A stretch of 64,000 nt of DNA from Candidatus Bathyarchaeota archaeon. GTDB lineage: Archaea > Thermoproteota > Bathyarchaeia > Bathyarchaeales > Bathycorpusculaceae. The notes below the pieces were generated by a model. It saw only the letters and a program-made list of their open reading frames with translations, searched no databases and had not been told where the DNA came from. Positions 31,107-40,139 of this stretch are shown here, one piece after another. The position numbers were made by a program, and so were the translations under genes. The DNA lies in contig CAWABA010000006.1 in assembly GCA_963780185.1 (NCBI GenBank), positions 448,001 through 512,000 on the forward strand. Reading direction: 5' to 3'. Positions within the stretch are counted from its first letter, which is position 1; the number at the start of each line of letters is the position of its first letter.

Positions 31107-31541
31107 ATGTCAGCACCAACGGTAACGATTGAAATCCCGCAGGATATACTGGACACTATTTACGCTGGCGCCAAACAACTTTACCCCCGCGAAAGTTTTC
31201 TGCTTCTACGAGGCAAAAGCAAAAAGGGCATAATCAAAATAACTGACCTTGTTCTGGCGCCCTTCACTGCCCACGGGCGTGGCACCGTTCATTTTAATCC
31301 TTTCATGTTTTCAGGGGATTTCTCGTTGGTGGGCACGGTGCATTCGCATCCTTCAGGCAACATATCGCCGAGCGACGTTGACATGAACTACTTCTTTGGG
31401 AGAGTACTAATGATTGTCGGGACACCCTTCGAAGGCAGAAACTGCATAGCAGCATACAACTGCAGAGCCGAAAAGCTACCCATCCAGATAACCGCGCCTA
31501 TCGGGAAAGATATTGAAGAGGATTTTGACGACGACTTTTAA
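31107..31541 (+). CDS. JAB/MPN (JAMM) metalloprotease
   Basis: YPRE...HSHPSGNISPSDVD JAMM motif. Confidence 0.9.
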   Translation: MSAPTVTIEIPQDILDTIYAGAKQLYPRESFLLLRGKSKKGIIKITDLVLAPFTAHGRGTVHFNPFMFSGDFSLVGTVHSHPSGNISPSDVDMNYFFGRVLMIVGTPFEGRNCIAAYNCRAEKLPIQITAPIGKDIEEDFDDDF

Positions 31542-31924
31542 GTAGCACTCTGAGCCTTTTTCACAGCCGCTTGGTATTCCTGAATGAAGCCCAATGCGAA
31601 TTTATCGGCGTTTCCCTCGTTACCACGATGCATATTATCGACCCCTTTGCTGCGCAGGTGATGATAAAATTCGTGGATTATTACAAACGGGTTCGCCAGC
31701 ACGTCGCTGTTCATCACAGTGATTGTTTGGTTTTTCGCGGTGTAGCAGCCGTAAGCAGTAACCTTGTGTCCTTTGGGCAAGCCAACTTTCAGTTTGGGAA
31801 CGTTGACGTTGTAGGTTTTCGCCAGCAACGTAAGCGCCTCTTCCGTTTTACCGTTGAGAACAAGCCAAACTGCAACTGGTTTAAAATTATCCTGCGCCAT
31901 CATGCCGTCAGCAATACAGAGCAC
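31538..31924 (-). CDS. Small zincin-like protein
   Basis: IIHEFYHH...E..ADKFA; real start may be MMAQD near 31903. Confidence 0.7.
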   Translation of the reverse strand: MLCIADGMMAQDNFKPVAVWLVLNGKTEEALTLLAKTYNVNVPKLKVGLPKGHKVTAYGCYTAKNQTITVMNSDVLANPFVIIHEFYHHLRSKGVDNMHRGNEGNADKFALGFIQEYQAAVKKAQSAT

Positions 31925-31964
31925 TTCAACCTAATTAAGACGCCCAAAAACCGTCGGTCGGGGG

Positions 31965-33230
31965 TTACTCGCCGTAGGTGCCTCTTCGGATTTTCTCAGC
32001 CAGCAAATGGACGAATTCAATCGGCCACACATCATCACAAACGTCGTCAGTCAATATTTTCCGTTGATGATACATTGGAATCAAATCGTTCTTAAGCAGC
32101 AAAATCAGCAGAAATTCATGGCCATAGGTTCTTTTAAAAAGGGCGTATTTGGTGGCTTGCCTTTTCGTCATTTCAAAATGGGGTTCAAGAATTATTTTTC
32201 TTCCCTGAAGCTTACGCTCCAAAATGAAGTCAGGGGTGTACACTTCATTGTTAGGCAACGGGAAGCTGATGGTTTCGTAGCCGTAGGGAATATGCATTTT
32301 CAGAAGAGTCAGGGCGGTTTTCTTTTCCCAACCGCTTTTGTAGCGACTCATTTTTGCGTAGTAAGCTTGGGATTGCCCAGTTATTTTTTGCATGCGTTCC
32401 AGAAAATCAAGAGCCGTTTTCAAAGTGGTCCTATCAAGGGGCTTCTGCCGCAGCCATCTGCCCAGCAGGAAAAAGGGGTAATCAACTTTTGCTGGATCCT
32501 GTGGGTAAAGCCGTTTTGCGAAGACAGTTATTTTCTGTCTTGCCACCGCAGCTGTCTGTTCGTCTCTCCACAGGGATGGGGAAGCGGTCTCGATTACTCT
32601 CAGGCTCGCCGCCACGTTGGCGTTTTCCAATGTTAACGGGACGTAGAGGTCTTCGGGTAGGAGATGGTCGTAGATCTGCAGGTCGGGTGCGGGTCTAACC
32701 ATCCAACGCATGTAAATCCACGCCTTGTCAATGTGTGGTCCGCTGAGGGCTTTCACGTTCTTGGCAATGTCCTCAACGAATTCGCCTGGCTTCCTAAACC
32801 TTTGAGCGTATTTCAACAGGTTCCTCTCAGCGTTGATCTTCACAAACAAGTTGACGGAAGCTAAGATTTCGCCTGCTGCTTTCTTGTTCGGACCCAAATC
32901 AGAGTAAAAATCTGATTTGACGATTTCTTCGTCGAAAATATGCCCCTTCTTAATCTCGAACAACGTGTTCCCGAATGCTTCATGCAGGTAGGAGAGCAGC
33001 ATGCGGGCGTTTTCAGGGTAACCCACCACGGTATCGTCAAGTATAGAGGCGATCAGCAGGAAGTAGTGGGCGATGATTTTTCTATCTTCATAGTTTTGCG
33101 AGTACGGGTTGAAAAGCAGCCGGGGGCTCATGCGTCGGTCCCATTGGACGTCGGCGGCGTCAGAGTTCTTGTTTATGAACTCCACCAGTAGCGAAAGCAC
33201 TTCATCGGTTGCCATATCCATACCCAGCAA
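31965..33230 (-). CDS. DUF2400-like domain fused to a T7 endonuclease I-like PD-(D/E)xK domain
   Basis: KAWIYMRWMVR..PEDLYVPL and PQDPAKVDYPFFLLG (DUF2400 pattern); YKSGWE...YE...YTPDF...ILEPH (T7 endo I pattern). Confidence 0.7.
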   Translation of the reverse strand: MLGMDMATDEVLSLLVEFINKNSDAADVQWDRRMSPRLLFNPYSQNYEDRKIIAHYFLLIASILDDTVVGYPENARMLLSYLHEAFGNTLFEIKKGHIFDEEIVKSDFYSDLGPNKKAAGEILASVNLFVKINAERNLLKYAQRFRKPGEFVEDIAKNVKALSGPHIDKAWIYMRWMVRPAPDLQIYDHLLPEDLYVPLTLENANVAASLRVIETASPSLWRDEQTAAVARQKITVFAKRLYPQDPAKVDYPFFLLGRWLRQKPLDRTTLKTALDFLERMQKITGQSQAYYAKMSRYKSGWEKKTALTLLKMHIPYGYETISFPLPNNEVYTPDFILERKLQGRKIILEPHFEMTKRQATKYALFKRTYGHEFLLILLLKNDLIPMYHQRKILTDDVCDDVWPIEFVHLLAEKIRRGTYGE

Positions 33231-33425
33231 TGCATATACACGTCAGTAACTTAAAACCCCTATGTTGCAAACCGCGAAAATTACCAAAAAACATACAAAA
33301 AGCACTTTTGACCGCCAAGCCGCAGGAAATAGATTAATAGAGGCAAGAAATCCCAATATGCAACGCATCAAAGAAGACGAAGTGCCTATATAGGGAAACA
33401 CCGTAAAAAGATAAGCACGCAGTGT

Positions 33426-33503
33426 GGGCCGGTCGTCTAGCCTGGTTAGGACATCTGCTTGACGTGCAGAAGGTCGCCGGTCCGAATCCGGTCCGGCCCA
33501 CCA
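33426..33503 (+). tRNA. tRNA-Val(GAC)
   Basis: GGGCCGG acceptor, TCTGC-TTGACGT-GCAGA anticodon arm, encoded CCA. Confidence 0.95.
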
Positions 33504-33550
33504 TCCAATCAATCCCACAAAGCCATTTCTTTTCGTTAGAGGTTGTATCT

Positions 33551-33688
33551 TCATAGGTCGGTTTGGGAGCCGCATTGCGGGGTTACAAAATAAAAGATTT
33601 CGCCACATTTGCTGCAGAGGCGTTCCTGGTTGTTTTTCTTCTCTATCTCCTTAGAGCCGCATTTAGGGCAGCGCACCTCAACCGACAT
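33551..33688 (-). CDS. CPxCG zinc-ribbon microprotein (45 aa)
   Basis: Not in track. MSVEVRCPKCGSKEIEKKNNQERLCSKCGEIFYFVTPQCGSQTDL; TTTAATA TATA-like on - strand near 33721-33727. Confidence 0.75.
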   Translation of the reverse strand: MSVEVRCPKCGSKEIEKKNNQERLCSKCGEIFYFVTPQCGSQTDL

Positions 33689-33854
33689 GTTTTTCCCCAC
33701 TGGATTAGCAAAAGCTTGACTATTAAAACACGTCGTCTCTGATTACTGTTTCAAAAATTGCCGAATAAATTGTTAGAAAAATCCTCGCTCAGGCTGAAAC
33801 ATTCGAATTAATGGTTCAAACCCAACGGTCCATTTCATCCAGCAAGTTGTTTTC

Positions 33855-34217
33855 TTATTGAGCTCTTTGCTTTGCTTGCGGAATCAACTCATTCAGCTTA
33901 CTAACCAGCTTCTCAGCTTCTTCTGTTCGAAGCGGAATATTTACATCTACGTCGCGCAATGCTATTTTGACTTCCCCAATTTTTTCCATTTTCACAGAAT
34001 TAATGTTAGATAAGCGAATATGCAAAGGCACAAAGACGCTCAAGATACGACCGAAGGTTTCCCTCAGACCCGGAGTGTTTTCAAGTGCTTCCTCGAGTTC
34101 GTTTTTCACGTTTCCTCTCACGTCTATCTTCAACAGATCGTTGGTGACCCTAATAATAAAATTTGGATGATCAATCTCCAAAACCAAATCTGTTTCTGAC
34201 ATTTTTAACCTCTTCAA
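33855..34217 (-). CDS. Hypothetical protein
   Basis: 120-aa ORF with normal globular composition. Confidence 0.65.
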   Translation of the reverse strand: MKRLKMSETDLVLEIDHPNFIIRVTNDLLKIDVRGNVKNELEEALENTPGLRETFGRILSVFVPLHIRLSNINSVKMEKIGEVKIALRDVDVNIPLRTEEAEKLVSKLNELIPQAKQRAQ

Positions 34218-34520
34218 TTCTCGTTACTACTAAAAACATGGAAATAAACTTTCACTCGCGAAAACGGAGAGCGCTACTTCTACAGCACATGCTTAAAATT
34301 TAGTTAAATTCAGTCAACAAAAAATGTACCGCGCACTTTCTTGAGCTTTAAATAGAATGACTGTCGAGCTCTCGGTTTGCATGCCATGGGACTTCGATTT
34401 GTCAGGTATATGATGGCAAGTCTAGCCGAGGATTAAACTCTTTTATGAAAACGCCATTTTTTCAGTTCATTAATCACGCTAATATATGTTAGCATACCAT
34501 TATGATTACAGGGCGATTTT

Positions 34521-35390
34521 TTGGAGAGACAGATTAAGAAAATTTTGAACCGTCAGCTAACTCTTGAGGGCGCAGGAGTTAACTTAAAAAGAGTTTTGGG
34601 CAACGATGATGGCTCTACACTTGACCCTTTCTTGCTTTTAGACCACTTTGGATCAGACAACCCGGAAGATTACATCAAAGGTTTTCCTTGGCACCCTCAT
34701 AGAGGAATGGAAACGGTCACTTACATGTGGGCAGGTGAAGTTGAACACGGCGACAGCATGGGCAACAAGGGCGTAATCAAATCCGGAGACATACAATGGA
34801 TGACTGCGGGTTCAGGCATAATTCATCAGGAAATGCCGCAGAAATATAACGGTTTGATGCAAGGCTTCCAACTGTGGGTAAACTTGCCCTCAAAGAAAAA
34901 GATGGTTGATCCAAAATATCGAGGAATACTAAAAGAACAAATCCCGATGGTCCAGAAAGATGGCATGAAGATTAGAGTCATAGCAGGAAAGGCAGATGGA
35001 ATACAAGGACCAGTTCGTGACTTAGCAATTGATATAGAGTATTTTGATGTAGAGTTAGCCTCAGAAAAAACATTTGAACATTCAACAGCCAAGCATGATA
35101 CGGTATTTGCTTATATTGTCAAGGGCGCTGTTGAGGTTCAAGGCAAAACCATAACGCAGGGGCAGTGCGTAGTCTTTGGCGAAGGTGATTCTATCAAAAT
35201 GCTCTCAAAAAAGGGCGGTCGCTTTCTTTTTGTGTCGGGTAAACCGTTGAATGAGCCTGTGGCTTGGAGAGGTCCTATAGTAATGAATACTGAAGAAGAA
35301 TTAGACAGGGCTTTCGAAGATCTTGACAATGGCACTTTTATCAAAACAAAAAGTTCTTTAAACCCTAAGCAAAAAATTGACGTGATGTAG
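34521..35390 (+). CDS. Pirin-family cupin
   Basis: DPFLLLDHF, HPHRGMETVTY, WMTAGSGIIHQE, GPIVMNT. Confidence 0.95.
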   Translation: MERQIKKILNRQLTLEGAGVNLKRVLGNDDGSTLDPFLLLDHFGSDNPEDYIKGFPWHPHRGMETVTYMWAGEVEHGDSMGNKGVIKSGDIQWMTAGSGIIHQEMPQKYNGLMQGFQLWVNLPSKKKMVDPKYRGILKEQIPMVQKDGMKIRVIAGKADGIQGPVRDLAIDIEYFDVELASEKTFEHSTAKHDTVFAYIVKGAVEVQGKTITQGQCVVFGEGDSIKMLSKKGGRFLFVSGKPLNEPVAWRGPIVMNTEEELDRAFEDLDNGTFIKTKSSLNPKQKIDVM

Positions 35391-35392
35391 AT

Positions 35393-35731
35393 ATGAGTGC
35401 AAGAAAGAAAATACCAGTTGAAAACAAAAAGAAAAGCACTTTTCATGATAGTATAGATAACAAGGAAAAAGCGGTTGTTCTGTTCTATGCAACTTGGTGC
35501 CCGTTTTCCCAGCGATTCTTACCAGTCTTTGAAGAGTATTCAAAGAGCAATCCGAAAGAGTGCCTAAGCGTAATTGTCGATGAAGAGCCTGATGTCTGCG
35601 AAGAATACGCGATAGAATACTACCCGACAGTGATAATGTTCAAGAAAGGAAAAGTGCACAAGCGCCTAGACGCAGAGCCACATGTTGGCCTAAACAAAAA
35701 ACAGCTTAAAGACCTTACTGAGAAACAGTAA
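35393..35731 (+). CDS. Thioredoxin-fold protein, CxxS variant
   Basis: FYATWCPFS and YYPT cis-Pro loop. Confidence 0.85.
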   Translation: MSARKKIPVENKKKSTFHDSIDNKEKAVVLFYATWCPFSQRFLPVFEEYSKSNPKECLSVIVDEEPDVCEEYAIEYYPTVIMFKKGKVHKRLDAEPHVGLNKKQLKDLTEKQ

Positions 35732-36188
35732 GAGCCATAAGCGTTTCATTTTTTTATTTCGAGGATTCGTCGCCGTCATTGAAGCCTTCATCTATGTAAT
35801 CGTAGATGACTAAGAAGCATTCATATTCGCACCCAACAAAAAAAAGATAAGTCGAAAAGTATAGGGGACAATGAAAATTCCTGAACTGCCACTAATGCAG
35901 CGAATTTTATTCGAAAGAGTCGTTCAGCAAAACACCACAAGGGTATAATAAACTCTACAAAAAATTTTGGCGATAAGGTTGTTTTTAAGAGCCCTGCTTA
36001 TATACAAAATCACTGCCCTCTCCATGCCTCACTTTCAAACGCCACGGAACACATACAGACAAGCACACAGACTCTTTAAAGAGAAACATAAAAACGACTC
36101 ACTCTCAACCTCAAAGTTTAACCTAATAATTCAATCACTCTTTTATTTTCGCATCCGCTACGACAGTTCTTAAGCGAGTTGAATTAAT

Positions 36189-36839
36189 TTGGGTAATCGT
36201 TTCGTTGACAGATGGAGAAAGAAAGAAGAACAGCCTACGCTTGTAGAGAAAGTTAAAAGTGTAGTTAAACCACAGGAAAACCTCAAAGAACAAATCGGCA
36301 TGGTCATTCAACGCATCGATGTTCAAACTAGAACTTTGGACGGCGCGGTGCAGAGGTTTCAAAGCCGAGACCAAGAAGTCTTCAACCGCGTGGTAAGAGC
36401 ATTCTCAGAGAGAGACGAAGCAAGAGCCAACATTTTAGCCACTGAACTCGCGGAAATACGCAAAATCGAGAAAATGCTATCCCACGCCTCCCTCGCCATG
36501 CAAAGCGTATCCATGCGTCTGAACACGGTTTCAGAAATGGGCGACCTCGTCGCAGTGCTTAGCCCAGCGAAATCCGTCATAAACAGTGTCCGAACGGGAA
36601 TGTGCGATATCCTGCCGGAGGCAAGCTCAGAGCTTGGAAACATCGGAAACTTGCTCAACGACATAGTCGGCTCCACCTGCCAAACCGCAGACATACCTAT
36701 GAACACAACAAGAATGGACCCCGAAGCGGAAGCCATCCTAAAAGAGGCAGAAATGGTCACGGAAAGAAAACTCAAGGAGCAATTCCCCGAAGCAGGAGCA
36801 GACAATTCAACAGAGCGGCTGGCAAGCTTAGAGGCTTAA
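36189..36839 (+). CDS. ESCRT-III / Snf7-family CdvB paralog
   Basis: RANILATELAEIRK, MRLNTVSEMGD, EAEAILKEA...FP match archaeal CdvB1/B2-type proteins; no C-terminal wH domain. Confidence 0.9.
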   Translation: MGNRFVDRWRKKEEQPTLVEKVKSVVKPQENLKEQIGMVIQRIDVQTRTLDGAVQRFQSRDQEVFNRVVRAFSERDEARANILATELAEIRKIEKMLSHASLAMQSVSMRLNTVSEMGDLVAVLSPAKSVINSVRTGMCDILPEASSELGNIGNLLNDIVGSTCQTADIPMNTTRMDPEAEAILKEAEMVTERKLKEQFPEAGADNSTERLASLEA

Positions 36840-36888
36840 CGGCTCTCTCTGCACTTCTTTTTTTTGCGGAAGATAAGAAAAACTGGTT

Positions 36889-37218
36889 TTAAGCGATCCT
36901 TACAATTGTCCTTTTCTTGGCAACGCCCATTTTATCTGTTATTTCTTGAAACACGAAATAGTTGTCTTCCATAGGCTGGGAGAGAAAATACACTGTGGAG
37001 TAGTGGGTTCCAACGGGGATGACGAGTTTGTTTTTTTCCAGAATTGTGAGGTGATGTCTTATTGTTTTGTAGTCGACTTTGAGCTGTGTGGCGAGTTGGT
37101 TTGCGTTTCGGGGGTTGTCTTTGACGCTTTTTATTATTTTTGCGCGGGTCTTGCCGCCTTTTGTTCCTGTGATTAGCCATCCGAGTAACTGTTTTAGGGG
37201 GTGATCATTGGTTATCAT
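36889..37218 (-). CDS. ArsR-like winged-helix regulator (paralog of 26467-26769)
   Basis: GTKGGKTRAKII...NANQLA...DYKTIRHHL. Confidence 0.9.
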   Translation of the reverse strand: MITNDHPLKQLLGWLITGTKGGKTRAKIIKSVKDNPRNANQLATQLKVDYKTIRHHLTILEKNKLVIPVGTHYSTVYFLSQPMEDNYFVFQEITDKMGVAKKRTIVRIA

Positions 37219-37251
37219 TTTGGTTTACCTGCAATGTTACCAATATACACT

Positions 37252-37272
37252 GCTACTATTTAAGGTAGTAGC
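37252..37272. promoter_or_regulatory. BlaI-type operator overlapping the TATA box of the divergent wHTH gene
   Basis: GCTACTA-TTTAAGG-TAGTAGC perfect 7-bp inverted repeat; CTTAAATA on - strand about 40 bp before the ATG. Confidence 0.75.
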
Positions 37273-37427
37273 TGCTATCATACTTAACAACCACCACTCA
37301 CCCTAGCAGCTACACCAGCCGCTATTCGACTTCAAGCAGAAAAGCGCCAAAAAACTGCGGCAAGCCTTTCCCCAGCGCATTTTTTGAAAATAGGAGAAGG
37401 GTGGAAGTTGGGAAAAACTTAAAGAGC

Positions 37428-37444
37428 TACTACGAATGGTAGTA
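37428..37444. promoter_or_regulatory. BlaI-type operator just downstream of the regulator's BRE/TATA
   Basis: TACTAC-GAATG-GTAGTA directly after GAAAAACTTAAAG and 15 bp before ATG 37460. Confidence 0.8.
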
Positions 37445-37459
37445 ATCTGGTTGCAGGCT

Positions 37460-37909
37460 ATGACTGAAGACAAAAAACCCGAATTCTCACAGTACAACAT
37501 AGAAGGCAAAGCACTAGAAGCCTTTCTAGGCCCGTTGGAAGCCAACGTTATGGAGTCTATATGGGGCTCACGAAAAACGCCGGTTACAGTAAGAGAGATC
37601 TACGAGGCGCTAAAGAAAACCAGGGGCTTAGCTTACACAACCGTCATGTCTACGATGGATAGGCTGTTTGAGAAGCATCTTTTAGACCGCAAAATAGAGA
37701 AGGGCAGAGGCGGCTTGTATTATGTGTATTGGCCTTCGCTTGAGAAGCAGTCGTTTCAGAAATCCGCTGTTCGCGAGGTCCTGTCCAGCCTTATTGATAA
37801 CTTTGGCGATGTGGTGGCTAACTGTTTAGTCGACGAAACCAGCCTGAACGAAGAAGAACGCAGCGTCCTCAAAGACCAACTGAACAGGAACATAACGAAA
37901 AAGAAATAG
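37460..37909 (+). CDS. BlaI/MecI/CopY-family repressor
   Basis: LGPLEANVMESIW, TVREIYE, LAYTTVMSTMDRLFEK. Confidence 0.92.
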   Translation: MTEDKKPEFSQYNIEGKALEAFLGPLEANVMESIWGSRKTPVTVREIYEALKKTRGLAYTTVMSTMDRLFEKHLLDRKIEKGRGGLYYVYWPSLEKQSFQKSAVREVLSSLIDNFGDVVANCLVDETSLNEEERSVLKDQLNRNITKKK

Positions 37910-37928
37910 GTTTGGAAGTGTGCTTTGA

Positions 37929-39341
37929 ATGGGTTTTGAAGGCATCCTGAACCAGATTTTTCAACCATACTTCTACTACTCAGTCATATTCCTGGTTGTT
38001 TCGTTTGCATGCGTCAAAATCCTCACCAAATACTGCAGCTTCATAGGCCAAAGAACAAAAAGCCTACTGTACATTTTCCCCTTAGCGCTGCCCATCGCAG
38101 TTATGCTTGTCGCTTTCCCATCCACAGTCATTCAAACAAGCATCCAGCAAATCAAAACCATGCCTTCAGCCGCAGCAGGTTCATTTCCGTTTGGACCTTT
38201 CGCGCCGCCCACACAAGTAGTAACAACAACCAGCACCGTGCTTTCGGTTACAGGCGTAATTTGCTACATCGGGTTGATTGCAGGCGCCTTGTTCGCGTTT
38301 TCGATGGTTCTTGCCGATGACAGGTTAGCGAGAAAGGTTCTGCATGTAATTCTGCTGTCTCCAGAAGAGCATCAGTGGCTGCAGGCAAAGGTGAGTGAAT
38401 TCTCTAAAAAACTATCTATCTCTGCCCCAAAAATCGGAGTTGTAGAAGACCTTCGTCCAAACGCGTTCACGATTGGGTACGGTCGAAGGGCTACAATCGT
38501 TTTCTCTATCGGGCTGCTTAACATTTTAAACAAGGATGAAGTTGTCGCGGTGGCTTCTCACGAGTTGGCGCATGTTAAAAACAATGATTTCTTCTTCAAA
38601 ACCATTTCTAACGCTTTGACAACCGTTTCCTTTTTCAACCCGCTTGCGTACGTTTCGGCTTCAACCGCTCAAAGGGAAAGGGAAATGCTTGCTGACGAAC
38701 GCGCAGTCGCACTTCTTGAAAAACCGTCAGCTTTGGCAGATGCGCTTGTTAAAATTTGCAAAGCAATCCAAAACTTACCTAAAGAAAGCATGCTGGTCAA
38801 CTTCTCATCAAATCTTCTAATCACATCTTCAGTTCTGCACAGAGTCGGAATCCTTGCAACACACCCGAGACTGGACACGAGGCTAAGACACATCTCTGCG
38901 CCCAAACCAAGCAGCAGCCGATGGAACCGCCGAAACACCCATTTGGCGCTCGTCCTGTCATTTCTGCTGATTTTTTCCGCGGTGGGAATAAGCTTGGCAA
39001 TGGTAGATTTGCAGGTGAATTTCACAGCGAACTTCACTGCTTCACAGTACCTGCCGACGTTTCCAAGCAACTTTCAGGTGACAAGCTACCAAATGGGTCC
39101 AAGCAACTACACGCAGTTCTCGGGCGCGTTTACCTTCAACAACACGCAAAGCATTCACTTGCTGATTTACATCCCGAACTTCCCCCCAAATTTCAGAAAT
39201 AACGCGGAAATGGGTTACAATACGGCTTTCAACGCGCAAGTAATCCCAGTTGGAGGATTCTTCGTGTTTTATCACCCGAATTCGTCCTACACGCAAATGC
39301 AGGCACCCATAAGTTTGCCTGGCCCTGTAGGAATGGGGTAG
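37929..39341 (+). CDS. M56/M48 membrane zinc metallopeptidase (BlaR-like partner)
   Basis: N-terminal TMs, PNAF, HELAH, REMLAD, THP; extra TM and an extracellular tail. Confidence 0.88.
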   Translation: MGFEGILNQIFQPYFYYSVIFLVVSFACVKILTKYCSFIGQRTKSLLYIFPLALPIAVMLVAFPSTVIQTSIQQIKTMPSAAAGSFPFGPFAPPTQVVTTTSTVLSVTGVICYIGLIAGALFAFSMVLADDRLARKVLHVILLSPEEHQWLQAKVSEFSKKLSISAPKIGVVEDLRPNAFTIGYGRRATIVFSIGLLNILNKDEVVAVASHELAHVKNNDFFFKTISNALTTVSFFNPLAYVSASTAQREREMLADERAVALLEKPSALADALVKICKAIQNLPKESMLVNFSSNLLITSSVLHRVGILATHPRLDTRLRHISAPKPSSSRWNRRNTHLALVLSFLLIFSAVGISLAMVDLQVNFTANFTASQYLPTFPSNFQVTSYQMGPSNYTQFSGAFTFNNTQSIHLLIYIPNFPPNFRNNAEMGYNTAFNAQVIPVGGFFVFYHPNSSYTQMQAPISLPGPVGMG

Positions 39342-39365
39342 TTCGGTCGGCTATGCAGTTAACTC

Positions 39366-39503
39366 GTCATTTTTGTGACGGCTTCTGCCCACAAATAATA
39401 GACCACGCCCGGGCGTGTTTTCTTTTTCGTACCCAGTCACTCTACGGTTTTCTAGATGAACCAAATAGCCACATCTAGATAAGCCAAATAGGCAATCAAG
39501 CAA
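39366..39503 (-). repeat. Composite repeat copy B (module 2 39366-39404, palindrome 39404-39417, module 1 39420-39503)
   Basis: Same module order and orientation as 5014-5246; CACGCCCGGGCGTG palindrome between the modules. Confidence 0.9.
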
Positions 39504-39599
39504 GCAAATCGCGGGGGCGGGGATGCAAATAGTGTGCATGTTTTTCTGAGACATACAAGCGCTAATGTTGTGTTAAGCTGCATCTACTTTCGATGAACC

Positions 39600-40133
39600 T
39601 TGACCCAAGAAGCAGCTACAGTTAAGATAGAGCCTACGGCACCCTACATCCCGCAACAGCCTAAGCAGACGGAGCGAAAAAAGCAAGTGTCGATTCAGGA
39701 GCTCGTTGAATCCCTAAAAAGCACCGCAGATGACATTGGACAAATAAGCGAATTGAGTTCGGAAGAAAAAATATTAGTAACTCAATTTTTTTCTTCTCTC
39801 CTTAAATTGATGCAGCCTCTATCTCCCACAATAGTCGTTGATCAATTAGCGCTTCCAGCTCAACTTGGCGACGTTGTCCAAGCTCATCTGGACCCCACCG
39901 GGCACCTAGTTTTGCAGTACGAAGACGACCACGTAGAGCTTAAGGACCTTCGTGAAGAAAAAAACCGTGAAATCCTAACCGCAGTCATAGAAGACGCCAT
40001 GCCGAAATTCAAAGGATTAGCAAGCATGCAAAAACGCAAACTTGAAAACCGAATCAAGCTGCTGTCAAGCGTGACAAAAGAAATACAGAAAAGTGCCGAG
40101 GCTCTATCCGCCGCGCTTTCCGCCGGCAAATAG
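39600..40133 (+). CDS. Hypothetical helical/coiled-coil protein
   Basis: 177-aa ORF, TTG start, charged helices. Confidence 0.7.
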   Translation: MTQEAATVKIEPTAPYIPQQPKQTERKKQVSIQELVESLKSTADDIGQISELSSEEKILVTQFFSSLLKLMQPLSPTIVVDQLALPAQLGDVVQAHLDPTGHLVLQYEDDHVELKDLREEKNREILTAVIEDAMPKFKGLASMQKRKLENRIKLLSSVTKEIQKSAEALSAALSAGK

Positions 40134-40139
40134 GCCTTC

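Noticed and set aside
33476-33492. TCCGAAT T-loop in tRNA-Val as a pseudo-tRNA sign
   Set aside because: All stems and the CCA end are intact; likely a tolerated variant or single-base error.
33243-33608. ORFs overlapping tRNA genes (also 54973-55370)
   Set aside because: Shadow or antisense translations of tRNA-Val and tRNA-Ala.
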